A stretch of 64,000 nucleotides of DNA. It comes from Lama glama (Eukaryota). The DNA lies in contig CM052822.1 in the NCBI GenBank assembly GCA_028534125.1, forward strand, positions 44,020,001 through 44,084,000. Reading direction: 5' to 3'. Below, piece after piece: positions 1 through 13,928 of the stretch (the first letter of the stretch is position 1; the number at the start of each line of letters is the position of its first letter). A program made the translations under genes and the position numbers. Under the pieces are notes generated by a model. It saw nothing but the letters and a program-made list of their open reading frames with translations. It had not been told where the DNA came from and did no database searches.

Positions 1-529
1 ATTATAATTCATGTTACTGCCATCATTGTGGTCCTAAAACACACAAAAGGGGAAAGAGTAAAGTGACTTCTAGCCTTGCCACTACCTTCTGTGGGAGCCT
101 GAAGAGGCCCGGCGACACCCAAGGGCCCAGTCTTGGGAGGGTGCAGGCCTTGGCTGACAACACCCCCAAGGCATGGCTGAGAGACAAAGGGAAAAGAGCT
201 TTGGCCCTGCGGAAACAGAACCCATCCTTCTTTCCACTTCGTTCATTCCAGAAATAGCAGGTTCCCAGGAGCACAGTGGAGCTGCTGTGTTTTGATTTGA
301 CCCAGAAGTTATCTGAGGAGAAGAGCTATTCCAGAGCCCCTCTGAGTAGGAATGAGGATTGCACACTTAATTCCCTGACTTCAGCTAAACACTCTCCATG
401 GCTAACCTCCTCGAGTTTAGAAAGAGTAAATATTTTTTGGAGAGTCAAGCAAATGATTTTGTTTTCTAAATACATGCTGACATGGGGTCTGGAAAGAAGA
501 AATACAAATTCAGATTAGGTGTAGGGACA

Positions 530-770
530 GGAACTCACATTTGAGCCCCAACCATGTATCAGACAGAGCTGGGCATGTGCATGATCCTCTCCTGACTACT
601 CACTGCAGCTGGGAAGGAATGACCATCACCCTCTTTTATTATAGATGAGGGATGAGAAGCTCGGAGAGGTTAACTGGTCTGTTGTAGACACGTGGATGGC
701 AAGTAACAGAACCGGGGTCGAAAGCCAGCTTGCCCATTTCCAACCCCGATGCTCTTTCCAAGTCACTGTG
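530..770 (-). mobile_element. MIR SINE
   Basis: ttatagatgagg...gaagctcggagaggttaact core. Confidence 0.7.
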
Positions 771-2289
771 CTTGGCTGACTTATTTAAGATCCCCCTTCA
801 TTGTCAGTGACCAAAGAATAGACATACTGTCATGCCAGTGCCTCTTCATCTGTTTGGACACAACTACTTTTCCCTTGGCTGATTAGAAAATTAGTTCCTT
901 AAGACAACAAAATAATGCTGTTGACTTTTCCATCTCACCCTGGGATAATAATGAGCAATGACTTTAGAGGTTGACATAAATGTCCCTGCTCTCCTGGATT
1001 CATTTAGGACTCAGTTGCTAGATTCAATCTGCACATGTGATGCTGCCAAAAAGTGGAGGATGTAGCTATTAGAGCAAATCAGCCAAGTACCAGAGGTGGT
1101 GCACTTGAGCCAGGGTCCAGCCTTGGTGACAGACTAGAGCCCCTGGGAGGAAGCTGGGTCCCTTCAGCAACAGTACCATCTTACTGGCCTCCAGTCCTAT
1201 AACTGAAAAAGTGACCGGGTTCCTCCTACTCGTGGTCACACTCCTGTTCACTGACCCTTCTCCCAATTTTCATTGCTGGGACTTGTATTGCAACCCAGCA
1301 TTAGAGATGCAGGGTCCAGTTTAGGCTTGAATGGAAGGGGAGAGTTGGAAAGGATCTGAAAGAAAATGTTAAATATTGTTAAAGAGTTCAAAAATGACCC
1401 CCATGTGAGAGGAGACCCACCTGAGTGGCCAGCTAGCATGCCAAGATAATACCTCTGTCTCTGTTCACCAAGACCCTCAGTTTGAAGAACAGACTTCCCC
1501 TAACCAGTAAGCCATCAGCACAAGAAATCTGGGCTCATCTGTTAGAGAAGTTAGAAATCTGAACAAAAGTCACTTGTGACCTTGTCCCTTATCTGCAGAA
1601 AGAAAAGTCTAGGAGAAAAATCTGTTTCACAGAAGTACAAGCATGTGGCCAAGCTGTAACCTCACTGAACTCATCAACCAGACAGCTCACCCTAGACTTT
1701 TGTCTGCAGCTCTTAGCTCAGGGTATGGAGAGGTACGCATGGAATTCAGCCCAGATACGCATTTCCTTTTATACTAATTCCCTCTAACTGCTGTGAACTG
1801 GTTCCCAAGTTTTCATGCACTGGTCTAATTTCAAAGCAGATTCCCTCAGAAATTCCTAATGGCCAAAACAAAGAGCTAGAGATCTAAAGAGGAAAGAGAA
1901 AATTCTACATGAGTAAATCAAAAACATGGTGAGAAACCAAAACCACCCAGAAACTGCAAATATGAGAAAATATTTCCCATATATTTTTAAAACTACTCTT
2001 TGCCTATTTATTTAGATCTTATCTTCTTCCAATAGAAAAACATAAGTCACATACACATATATATTTGCTCCATGGAAGGAATAATGAGGTGGAAAGATAA
2101 TACGTGTTTTATTTAAGGGCAGTGTTGCCTGAGTTCATAATATAACCACCCCATTAATCAGCCATGTGACCTTGAGTGGATGCTTCTGGCATCAGTTTCA
2201 TCAGTTATAAAATAGGGATGATAATAATACCTACCTGGTAGAAATGTTCTATGGACTGGCCTGTACCTGAGGACCAAGAGAAAAAAATA

Positions 2290-2510
2290 ATTACTTGTAT
2301 TGACCACCTATTAAGTTCCAAGATTGTACTAGGTACTTTCTCATACTTAAATTTGATACATCCCTCAACAGTCTTACAAAGTAGGTATTATTATTCACAT
2401 TTCATAGATAAAATACTTGAAGCTCAGAGAGGTTGAGTAATTCGATCAAAACAACATAGACAGTAAGGGGAAGGCTGGTATTTGAAGCCAGGTCTTCCTG
2501 ACAGCAAAAC
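2290..2510 (-). mobile_element. MIR SINE
   Basis: gtaggtattattattcacatttcatagat...gaagctcagagaggttgagtaa...tttgaagccaggtct. Confidence 0.75.
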
Positions 2511-3016
2511 CTCAAAGCTGTAGACAAGGCAGTTTCCTACATCCCCAGTCATGGAGTGATTCCTTATTCTCATAATGATGGGTGATCAGCCTTCTCCAAA
2601 CGCTCAACTACTCCTGCCTCTGAACTCTCACAATTCAGGGATTTCTATACAGGTGAAATATAACCTTTAAATCTAATGCCTGGGTCTCAATTCTCTCCTT
2701 CTAAGATATTAAGAAATACCACATTGGTAGAAACAGACTATACACTACAAGAAGAACACAGATATCACTGGAAATACCTTCCTTTCACAATGCTTAAGGA
2801 TTGCTTGTGTGGCTCAGCCTGCATTCCAAAGGCTTTGGGTTTTTGCACCCTGAAATAATTCACAGGCTAATACAGTGCAAGAGCCTCAAATGTACACAGT
2901 AAATGATAGATTTTACTATTAACTCACTTTATCTTCAAAACAACATTATGAGATATTTGTTATCTCCATTTCACAGATGAGGAAACCATGGCTTAGACAA
3001 TAAAGCTACTAAATAG

Positions 3017-3547
3017 TCATATTGGTTGCTGCATAATAAATTACCCCTAAAACTTAGTAGCTTAAAACAATGATAAACATTTCTGGTCTCCCACAGTCCT
3101 TGTGGGTCAAGAGTTAGGAACTGGTTTGGATGGGTACTTCTGGCTCTGGATTTCTCACCAAGTTTTAGTCGTCATCTGGGACTACCATCATCGGGAGGCT
3201 TGACTGAGACTGGAGGATTTGTTTCCAAGGGGGCTCACATACATGGCTGGCAGACTGGTGCTGGTTGTTGGTAGGAAGCCTTAGTTCCTCCCCTTGTGGT
3301 CTTCTCCACCGGCTGATTGAGTGTCTTCTTGACATGGTGGCTGTCATCCCCCAGTGGGAACAACCCAAAATATAGAGAGTGAAGTGAAAGTTATCCATTT
3401 GGTTATCCATAGCATCACTTCAACCGTATTCTGTTTGTTAGTAGCAAATCACTAAGTCCAGCCCACATTCAATGGAGGGAGAAAGAGACTCCACTTTTTT
3501 CGGGGAAGCATGTCAAAGAATTTACAACATGTTCTGAAATCACCACA
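3017..3547 (-). mobile_element. MLT1-family (MaLR) LTR
   Basis: ttgctgcataataaattacccctaaaacttagtagcttaaaacaa ... aaatcactaagtccagcccacattcaa ... caccaca, typical antisense MLT1. Confidence 0.82.
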
Positions 3548-4106
3548 GAGGCAGAACTGGAATTCTCATTTATCCCTTTCTTACTTTACAACTCCAGCTC
3601 TTTTTCTGATACCGAGGTAGGAAAAATGCAGCGTTAATGTTTCCACAGCTCACCTCTGCATCTGTAACAGACACCATAAGCAATCCTAGTACTCGTTCTG
3701 CTAAAGCTTGACTTGGCTCCAGGATCTCTCTCACACCATGCTCCAGAAAATCACCACCAATCATTCCCAGTTAGTGCACAAGCAGAAATGTACTCCATCC
3801 CTGTCCTTCCCTGCTCATATCATACTTAGATAGAAAAACCTCACAGGTGTCAGAGGTTTTGGCTATCTTAGAGTCCCTAATCTTGAGGATTCTTGAACCC
3901 TCTGTAAAACAAGATTTCTAATAATTAACCCCTCTCACAAAAGTGCTCTAGGAAGCAAAATGCTTTAGAAAGTCTCATTTGTTCTAACTTTTGGGAAATC
4001 CTCCAAATTCCTCCACTGTAACTGTGCAGACACACCTCAGTGATTTATTATTCTCTAATGACAGGAGAGGACTGTATCCAACATCTACAGTGCTCTTTAC
4101 TTAATA

Positions 4107-4269
4107 CAGGGGCTCTCACCCATGGGTGCACATTGCAATCACCAGTGCCAGGGCCTGGCCCGTATCCCAGAGATTCTGACGTGATTGATTTGGGGTGCAG
4201 CCTGAGGTCCAGGGACTTTTCAGAACTCCCCATGTGATTCTAATGTTCAGCCAGTTCTGAGAACAACTG
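4107..4269. mobile_element. MER5-type hAT-Charlie MITE
   Basis: cagagattctga...tggggtgcagcctgag...tgtgattctaatgttcagccagttctgagaacaactg. Confidence 0.8.
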
Positions 4270-6759
4270 ACTTAGCACTTCATTTTCATTGCCAAGTAAG
4301 TGATCCCGCTGTGTATGCATTAAGGCATGCCACTTTGTAATGGCTAAATGAACATATTAAAATAATTTGGAGTGATTAACCCCCAGGCAATATTCAAAAT
4401 TTGCTACTCTTTTTCAAAATATCAATTTCTATTTTTGACTTTAGATTGCCTTCCTTTTGAAGTTTTCCCCATCTCTATTAAATGGACCAACCCACCTGAT
4501 TCAGTAAAACTGCAATTATTTTGCACTTCTGTGTGACTTTAACAAATGTTTTTCACTAGCATCTCCAAAACCCCTTTTCTTTCAATGTTCACTGCTCTCC
4601 ATAATTCTTTTTAAATATTGCAAAAATTTGAGAGCATATGTAAGATTCTGCTAATCTGGGCTTTTATGATAGCTTTTAGTAAATACTTTTCTTGTACTCA
4701 CATAGTCAACTCTTACTTCGTAGGTTAACAAAGAGAGGGATTAGACAGATAATCTAAAAATCAAAACACCACTTTTCTCTCAAATATCACAGCTAGAGAT
4801 ATTTTTAACTGAGACATTCTCATCTGTACACCTTAGCCTAGGCAAGAGCAGACCCGTCACCATAAGATATTGAAGGATTTTGGGGGTAGAGGGATGGCTG
4901 TAATCCCCTTAATACAGTTCTCACACCTTATTTCATATAAAAACCCCAGCCAGGTTGCACCCCATATAGTTAAATCAGAATCACGGGGGTGGAAGTCAGG
5001 CGTTTGTACAATTTGTAAACAATTCCCAGGTGCAGCAAAGTTTGGGAACTACTGTCTTAACACTATACTACTAAATCTTTATGAATCTAGGAGCTAAATA
5101 AATTTTATACATCTTTAAACTACTTTAAGAAAAAAACACCTACTCAGATTGAAGATATTTGCATACCAAAGTTTATTTACTGGGCTACACTGTGTTATGC
5201 AGTAAAGAACTTGAAAAATCCAAATGTCTCTTCATTTAACATGATCTAAAATTAAAGCAGAACATATTATTTCAATAAAGTATTACCCATTAGATTTGGA
5301 GGCTAAATAAAAGTGCAGTTTATCAGTGTGTTCCTTTCTCTCCTTTTACTGTAGGCTTGTCTAGCTATAGCATAAATGTTTCACAGCTAAGACCAGATTA
5401 GTGGTATGTCTAAGGAGGCCACTAACTGCCATATGGGTTTAAAATGGCAGGATTCAGAGCAGACGTTAAGATAATTTGAAAAAAATTTAAAATATTACTT
5501 GAAAACACTATTACAAAATGAGAAAAATCACTGAGGACAGATTTAAGAATCAGCCACCAACATACTTCCACAGAAAGACAGCAAACGTCAGACAGAGGTT
5601 ATCAGGGCAGCCACTTACATGAGTGTGTATTGATGGAGAGAAGTTGTAGAAATGTATAATCATGTATATCTGTTATGTTTCATTCTCAAAATGTTTGGAA
5701 GTAGAAGTTAGTATTTGGCATACTTGCATCCTGATCAAGTCATTACAACATGCTCATATAATTTTCCTTCCAAATCATTCTTTACATGCATTTTAGTAAA
5801 AAAACCTGTGTTCTCTATGGTTCAAATCGCAGTGTGGGTGTTCAGCGGCCTTCTTTTAGGTAAGAGGCAATCATTTGACAGCAGGCTTTTCTCACTGCAA
5901 AAGGGAAAAAAATGTCTTTGTGGAATGTTTTTCTCATTCATTATCCTCCCCTCTGTGAACTACCATTTGACAGACCCTTAGACATCCCGTGATAAGCGGG
6001 AGTGCTGTCATCAGAATTAGGCTCCACGGGACTGAAAAATAGCTTTCTGGAGGAGGACTATCATCTTGCTTCTACAGTCTGAAGAAAGATTAGGAGAAAG
6101 ATTTGATGATCACTTCCTAGGCTCTCTGAATTCTGCTTGGAAGAACCAACTTTGTTTTAGATCTTTGTTCCTCAAAACACAGATGACTTTATTCTTGTCC
6201 TGTGTAATCATTGTCTTTCATCTTTCATCTCCTTCCTAGGGATAAGTAAGATACCAAGATACTAAGTACACATTGAACTGTTTTATTAATATTTGCTCAT
6301 GTGTCTGAAGTTTTTAGTTCCTTCTGGAGTTTTTATTTATTATAGCTATTGTTTTTCTGTTCTGATTATCCTAATTGGAGAATTTTTCAATATTTTGTGA
6401 TTACAGTTCGAATCAAGATGCGTGTAAACTCTATTCAGAGTTCAGCACATCATTTCAGTGTACATAAGAAAAGTCCTAAGACTGGAAACCAGGTGGCCTG
6501 AGTTCTAACTCAGCTCTCTCACTAGTTACCTGTGTGAGCCTGTGCAAGTCCCTTAGTCTCTCTGGACTGAGTTGTCTCATCTACAAAATGAAGAGCTTAG
6601 AGTAGATGCTCTTCTCCTTTGGATGTTTAGTTAGACCTCCTTTAGAACTCATGTTAGGGCTAAAATCACATGAGTTTGGTTTAGAACTATCTCCCCTGCA
6701 AGACCTTTGTGCTAAACTTTGCACATTAGCTATTCACAAACTATCCACAGCCCCCTTCT

Positions 6760-7215
6760 CTCTTAGATTCCTGAGTCACGGGCTGGAAAGCTAACATTCT
6801 TGATTCTCAAACTCCCTTGCACTAAGATGGGATGGTCATGTAAGCAAGTTCAAGCTTGTGATGTTAGTTGAAGTCTCTAGGAGGAAATTCCAGAAAAGCT
6901 TTTTTAAAAGAATAGATTCAGCTGTAATATCCCTTCACCCTTTCATTCCCTCTTCTGTCTTCCTGCTTGTGATGTGGACATGAACTGGAAGCTGCAGCAT
7001 GTGACCATGAGGCACAAATAGAAGGACAAGAGCTATACACTAGTGCTAGTGGAGGAAAAGATGAATAGAGCCTGATTTCCAAATGTATCCCTGAACTATC
7101 ATACCAGACCTAGCTGGCCTACATCACACTTCTTGTTGCTTGAAACAAATAAACCTTTACCTCTTCAGAGCACTGTTAATTGAGCTTTCTATGAGCTGCA
7201 AATGAATGTAGCATA
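6760..7215 (+). mobile_element. old MLT1-family LTR
   Basis: gcagcatgtgaccatgagg ... aaataaacctttac ... ctgcaaatgaatgtagcataata resemble old MLT1 3' halves. Confidence 0.6.
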
Positions 7216-8589
7216 ATAAACTTAAAAATGATCATCCTGAAGAGTAGTGACTTTAAACACACTTCAGTAACTGTAGAATTAATCCTCCTTCTTGGAATTA
7301 GTTTCCACTTTGAGATGACTTTCCTTCACCTCAGCAGTAAAGACCCTACTCATCTCCCTCCCCGTCTATGAAGTGCCCCTGACTCTTCTAAGTAGAGCAG
7401 ACCACAGCCTCCTCTGTGCCACCATACCTGACACTCTCCTCTGTTTTTGCCCCATCTCATTTTACTGAGACTTAGTCTAGCCTTCATTCTTATTAAACTA
7501 GGAGTCTCCAGAGGGCAGTCAGCATGTCATATGCAGCTCTGTTTACCCCAAGTATAGCTTTGAACTCAGTACGTAATAGATATTCAATAAATGGTAATTT
7601 GGTTATTCAATTTTGAATGAGTGCATTAATTTATTAATATCATAATCATTTGGCAACTGGACTTCATGCTGATTGTTCTATATGGAAACTGTGTAATTCT
7701 GGGTAGTTTGACCTGGACTGTGTATCTGACACTGTCATTTACCTCTAAATACATTATAAACCTACTTTCAAGAGGAGTTTCTTTCCAGTGTCAAACCTAT
7801 GGCTAACCCAGCCACTCTCTCACCTTTTCTGATGTAGCAATAGGATTGATCCTGGATTTGTTTATTAATTTAAGGGGACTAAAATATGTTGTTAAGGTCC
7901 TGAAACTCATGGGAATGAAAAACAGGGAGCTTTTCACAAACAATGCTCAGTAAACATTTATTATGCTGGGGAAGCACACATTATGCCTTTCCTGGGACAG
8001 CATTATTACAAATGGAAGACATACAAGATATTCATTCTTTCTGATCTATTGATTTCCTTGGCATAGCACAGAAAGAAGACATTCAGAACTGCAGATTGTG
8101 TGTGTTTTTAAGTCAAGAACTATCCTTAAAAGGTCAAAAAAGTAATTGGGATGTAATAGGACTGTGTGAGATTACATTAAAGCCTACAGATATTCAGTTT
8201 ATTACATTTTGCCAGGAACCACTAAAATGTCTATCTGTCTAGGCAAATTGAAGCTGATTCAGTTATGCTTAAGAATGCTCAGATAATTAATATTCTATTG
8301 GCCCTCCTTCAGTGAGGCTATGGGTAAAACACATTTTCTCAAAGGAAGTGATTTGCCTAGTGAAAAGCAATGTAGTTGAGAAGAGCATCCTGAAACTTTA
8401 GTAATTCGCATACCAAATTCAAAATTTGGGCTATAGTTTTCACCTGTACTATCACAAAATTAATGAACTGGTCATTTTTCTTTTGGAAGTTTACTCTTCT
8501 TTTTTCCTTTTCTACTTAAGTAAATTTATTTTAAAAGGAACTACAAACCTCTACCACAAATTTAAATAAATAAATAATATATATATATC

Positions 8590-9880
8590 TCAGTCCTGGA
8601 GGGATTGCAGAGGTCAGTACCACCACAGTGCACTTGAAAGATGCAGAGGTGGTGATTCCTACCTATTCATCCCTGTTCATCCCCGTTCATCCCCGTTCAT
8701 CCCCATTCAGTTCGCTGATTTGGCCTGTGCAGTAGACAGGATGACAGTGGGTTATCATAAACTTAATCAGGTAGAGGCTCCAGTCACAGCTGCTATTCCA
8801 AATGTAGTGTCATTGCTGCAGCAAGTCAACAAATCCCTTCCCACCTACCTGATAAGCTGTTACTGGTCTAGCAAATGCTTTTTTTCCTCTTTACCTCTTA
8901 TTAAAGGCCATCAAATGTAGTTTGCTTTCAGCTGAAAAGGCTGGTAGTTTTCCTTCACTGTCCTGTTTCAGAGATACATTAATGGTCCAGCCCTAGTCCA
9001 TAGAGATCTTGATCACCATTTACATTCTGCAGAGTATCATTCTGGTCCATTGCATTAATGACATTTGTGTTGACTGGATTTGATGTGTGGAAGTAATGAC
9101 TACTGTAGACCCATTGATACCGTACTTGCATGCCAGAGGTAGGAAATAAATCCCACCAAACATCTGGGCCTTTCTACCTCAGTGAAAAATTGAGCGGGTC
9201 CAACCGTCTGGGGTATGTTGGCATATCCCTTCCAAAGTGAAAGGCATGTTGCTACAGCTGGCCTCTTCTACTACTAAGGAAAAACACAATTCCTATGAGA
9301 TTCCTTGGATTTGGGAGGCAAATTTATACCTCATTTGAGGATGTTACTTCAACAACCTGTCGAGCAATCTGAAAGGCTTCCAGTTTTGAGTGGGGTCCAG
9401 AACAAAAGGAGGCGCTGCCACAGGTTCAGGCTGCCATGCAGGCATGGTGCCCATGGCATGGATGGTGCTTAAGTGTTGGTGGCAAATAGGGATTCAATGT
9501 GGAATGTCTGGCAGACCTCAATAGGTACATTGCAGTGCAGACTCTTAAGGATTTTTGAACAAAGCCACGGATTCTCTGCAGATAACTACTCTCCTTTGGA
9601 GAAACAGCTTTTCAGTTTCTATTGGGCCTTTATAGAGACAACAGTTGATCATGGATCACTGTCACAGTGTATCCTGAGCTGCCTCTTATGCACTAGGTGC
9701 CATCCCTTTGAGCCACAAAGTCGAGAATGCGCTGCATCACTCCATCATTAAATGGATACAGTCTGTTTGGATGGAGCTCCAGCAGGTCCTGAAGGCACTA
9801 GTGTGTTCCATGGGGAAGTATGTCCCCTACTCGTACCACACTGCCTTCTCTCTCTCAGCCCACCTATATGGCCTCAGGTG
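8590..9880 (+). mobile_element. ERVL (class III endogenous retrovirus) internal pol fragment, decayed (RT to RNase H region)
   Basis: Peptides PGGIAEVS, LKDAEVVIPT, MTVGYHKLNQV..PVTAAIPNVVSLLQQVN and SADNYSPLEKQL..FYWAFIET correspond to HERV-L/MuERV-L pol. Many stops and frameshifts. Confidence 0.9.
8666..8709 (+). repeat. 10-bp tandem repeat (ttcatccccg) x ~4.4
   Basis: ttcatccctg ttcatccccg ttcatccccg ttcatcccca ttca, read directly. Confidence 0.9.
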
Positions 9881-10929
9881 TGGCATACGGTTTCCTACAC
9901 CGATCAGTGGGTCCTCTTCAACTTTGTATGACTTCCCTACATGTGGCTTCTGATGGCTGATTCTAGAGGCCAGAGCACCCTACAGGGGACTCCAGCTTCC
10001 CAAACTCCTTTTTATCAGAGCTGAGGTTGTCAGTGGATTTACATTTTTCCCGAATCAATGGGGCAAATTTTGTATCAACAAAATTGTCTTTCCTGCTTAA
10101 CATAAAGCCAGCTTTTAGCTGAATAAAATTTTCTGAATGATTTCCATACAAAAGTAAGAGATCTATGAAAAGTCTGACCATGGCTGCACATGTCACTGAC
10201 TCCAAAGAGTTGAAGGAAGTCAGAGCCTGGCCCCGGGCCACCAGGTATCACAGTTACCTGCCTGCTCACCTTCCCGAGGACATCCTCCAAGGAGTTTCCC
10301 AGAGGGCCACAGCCCAACATGGCCCTGAAGCCCAGCCCAAAGAGCTCCCCTGTAGCCATGGCTTCATCAGGCAGCACCTCACAGCACAACACAGAGCCTC
10401 CCCAACTGTTCTGCCTGGAATCCAAACCAGCAAGCAGGACAGATTCAAAAGAGAATTCACAGCTAATGTTTTGTTACAAAAAATTTCAAACATTACCAAA
10501 AAGTAAAAAGAATACAATTAACACCCATATCCCTATCTCTTATATTCAATAATGTTAATGTTTTACCATTTTGCCATTCTCTCTCTCTCTCTCTTTGGAA
10601 AGTCATGATGGAGTGTAGAAAAGAGCTTTTGAGAGGGGGACAATAAATTTTGCAAGTCTCTATCCTCTCTTTCTAGTTTCATAAATCCAACTGCTGACTC
10701 AGCTCTCCACTTGGCTGTCTAATAAGCATCCCAGAAATCTTGCTTCACCGCTCCCTTCCCTAGATCTGAACTACCCGTCTTACTCATCCTAGGAAACAAC
10801 ACCACCATCCATCCACTCAGTTGTTCAGCGTCAAAACCTTTGAGTTAGTGTCAACCTTGATTCCCCACTAACGTGGGACACCTGCAAAAGGACGTGATTT
10901 GGGGGGAAGACCTGAAACAAGAGGGGACG

Positions 10930-11180
10930 TGTAGTGTGGGGGTTATGAGTGTGGACTCTAGAGTCAGACTACCTGTGTTCGTGGCTGGCTAGCTCACTCA
11001 TGAGGTTTGTGCACGCGGGCAAGATACTAACTGCTCTAACCTTCAGGTTTCTCTTATGAAACATCAAGATCACACTAGTATCTACTAGCAAGGTTGCTGT
11101 GAGAATTAATATGACCTCAGTGTGGCAGCTGTCCAAGGTCAGCTCACCTAGGGTGCTGGAGTGTGAGCCCGTTTCTGCTA
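10930..11180 (+). mobile_element. MIR SINE
   Basis: gactctagagtcagactacctgtgttcg...gggcaagatact...ggttgctgtgagaattaa. Confidence 0.75.
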
Positions 11181-12306
11181 ATTCACTATCTCCTCCATGG
11201 AGCAATGGAGGAAAGATAGAATTCGATATGATTTTCCGCCTATGATGAGTTGAGCAGCAATGGCAGGAGATGTAACTCACTGTGGGCCCCAGAAGTTCCC
11301 TCCATAATTACACTTGCCTTTTTTTAACCCAACCCAATCCTTTCCTTTATTTATTCCCCACTCCAGCTCTACACATTTCCACCCAGAGACTCTCTCAGGT
11401 GGCGTGCACCTGGGCCCTCCACGGTGCTGCCCGCTTCCACACTCGCATTAGGCTTTGCACCCACCTCTTTGTGTTGCCATGTCACCCAGATACGGGCCCT
11501 CATTTAGGGTCCTTGGCTACCTCTCTTGGGGCCTGTGAGTTTCCTAGATGGATGTGACTTGATTGTTTGCTTGTCAAAATCAGTGTATTCCAATGATAAA
11601 TGCAAAATTATAATGACTTCTGGCTTACTCCCAACCACTAAAGAAATATGTTTTCTAATTTGATAGTGTCAGAAATAGATATATTATCACTTAAAGATCA
11701 AGTTCTTTCATGCTGTTTCACTCAGTGATGAAATAATGACTTAAATATGTGTGAATGATGGAAAAAATATTTTTAAAGATATATCAGTAGGTTAATTACA
11801 TTTTAAAGCTATAGTTAAAATATCTATATTTATTATTTTTACATCTGTATATGTTTAAATACAGTCACGAAGGGTCATTAATAAATCGTTCAGTGAAATT
11901 GGTATATGAATAATATATAAATTGAGTAAAACTGGAAGTAGAACTTTTCTTCTGTAAAAAATGACTTTTATTCACTAGAATCTGCACTCCTTACAGTATT
12001 ACTTTTAGGTACACACTATTTCTACCTGGAAGGCCCCCAGAAACTAAGTAAGCTCACTAGATAAGGGAGAACTTATATTCTAGTAAGCACTCCTTACTTT
12101 GCCAACATAAGTACAATTAGAGAGACGGAAGAATTCTGTGGTTAGACTGAAAAAGGGGCATGACCTGGATCTCTAGAGAGATCCACCTGAGTGTGGGGAT
12201 GTGTTTTCCTGGCATGCGTTTAGTCATCTGGCCCCTGACTTGACAGCTTATTACAAAGACTAATGTTGTCTTTCATAATTGCCTATATCCCACTTGACTG
12301 GCATCT

Positions 12307-13030
12307 GTACAGAGACAAAAATGCACAACCATCGTCCTGTCAGATTATTCAACAATGCACCCTGCAGTCAAAGGAGCAAGAAGTACTAACTTGTCCAAGT
12401 ACAAATAATATTCTCTGGACAATCTCCTGACAAGCACAATCTCAGTGATGGTGAAAATCTCAACATCGTAGATTAATGTTCTGTTGCCTGACTTTACCTT
12501 GACCAAAAGAAAGAATTAGGAAGAAAAAAAAAAAAACCTCTAAAAGCCATCAGCTGGCACTAACAGCAAGACCCCGATATTCTACAATTTCATAGAACAC
12601 CAACATCAGATGAGGTCACTCTGTGATCATGACAGAGTGAGATAAAAGTGAGACTCCCCTGAAATGATGTCTGAGTACAGACAAAAACAAGAATACTAGG
12701 AAAAACATGAAAGTAATCAAAAATCTCCTTTGTTCAGCTAACGTTAGTGACCACTGCCTTTTTGCCAATTACACCCTTAGTTCCACTCCATTTCTCTCTC
12801 ATCTCCTAGATAGAAATTATTGAGTTATCCATAGATTTAATTTTACTTCCTGACAGTATCCAATCCAGAAAAGTACTCTGCTTCTTTAAACACTCCACAA
12901 AATCACCTGACACAAGTTTAAATCCTGAGCTGCTTCCTGGGGTGATCTCCTTTGTTGTAGCAATTAACACAGGCAAGTTTTTTCCCACTACAGATGCGTT
13001 CTTGGGGAGCTCTGGCCATAGGCAATGTTA
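12307..13030 (+). mobile_element. ERV1-class solo LTR, MER67/LTR54-like
   Basis: cagatgaggtcactctgtga...acagacaaaaacaag...cttcctgacagtatccaatccaga...aaatcacctgacacaag...actacagatgcgttc resemble the MER67 group. Left boundary uncertain. Confidence 0.65.
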
Positions 13031-13928
13031 ATCAACACTAAGCACTACACTGAGTCATTTGATCCAAAAATGATCAAATGTCCAGGGAAAACAGAAGACG
13101 TTACAAATAGAAATAACAATTATTGCTCACTAGACATATGCCAGAAGACTTTTTCACATGGTTGCTTTTATCTCACACAACTCTCTGATTCCCCTCTTTT
13201 CCTCACAGCACCCTTTGCAGTCCATCAGCAAGTCCTCTGAGCTCTACCCCAACAGCACACCCAAACCTGACCACTTCTCATCCCCTGCACTGCGCACGCC
13301 CAGCCCAGCCTTTCTCAGCTTTCTCTCGCCCTATTGCCATAGCCTCTGGAGGGATCTCTTGACCTCACAGTTCTGGCCGCAAGTCCCCTCCCACTCTCCA
13401 TTTGTCTCACAACAGCCAGAGTGAGCTCTACAAACAGGAAATACATATGTATGTGTAATACTGAGTTTATGAAAAGATGTTATCTCAACAAACAACTAAA
13501 TATTTTCAAATTAAAATAACACATTGCACCATGTATTGCTTGGCAGAAAATGACTACTCAATGAATATTTATCGTATACATGAAAATCAAGTTTTCATCT
13601 AACAATTGGCAAAGATTTAAAAAGATAAATTCACAGTATTGGCAAGAACTCACGGAAATGACCCTCAATACACTTCTGGAGAAACTGTGTTTTATCAGGA
13701 AATTTGTCTCCAAAGTCTCTGAAATGTCCATATACTTTAAGCAAGCACTTTCATATGTAAATTTCTTAGTTGAGGATTTAATTAAGGGTGTGCCCAAAGC
13801 TGTATTTATATCCAGTAGTCCAGGCATTTTAAGTAGAGTTTTATCTTACATGTTCAAGAATGGATTTCTTTTTTAGGTTATAAAACTTCATCATGGAATA
13901 GAAAGCGGCTTTTTCTGTTGTTGAGGGG

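Noticed and set aside
9963-10552. Cluster of overlapping 77-116 aa ORFs on both strands
   Set aside because: Explained by a locally GC-richer, stop-poor patch; no recognisable protein similarity.
13558-13876. Antiparallel 89 and 98 aa ORFs
   Set aside because: Lie in what looks like a decayed old L1 fragment; no intact domain.
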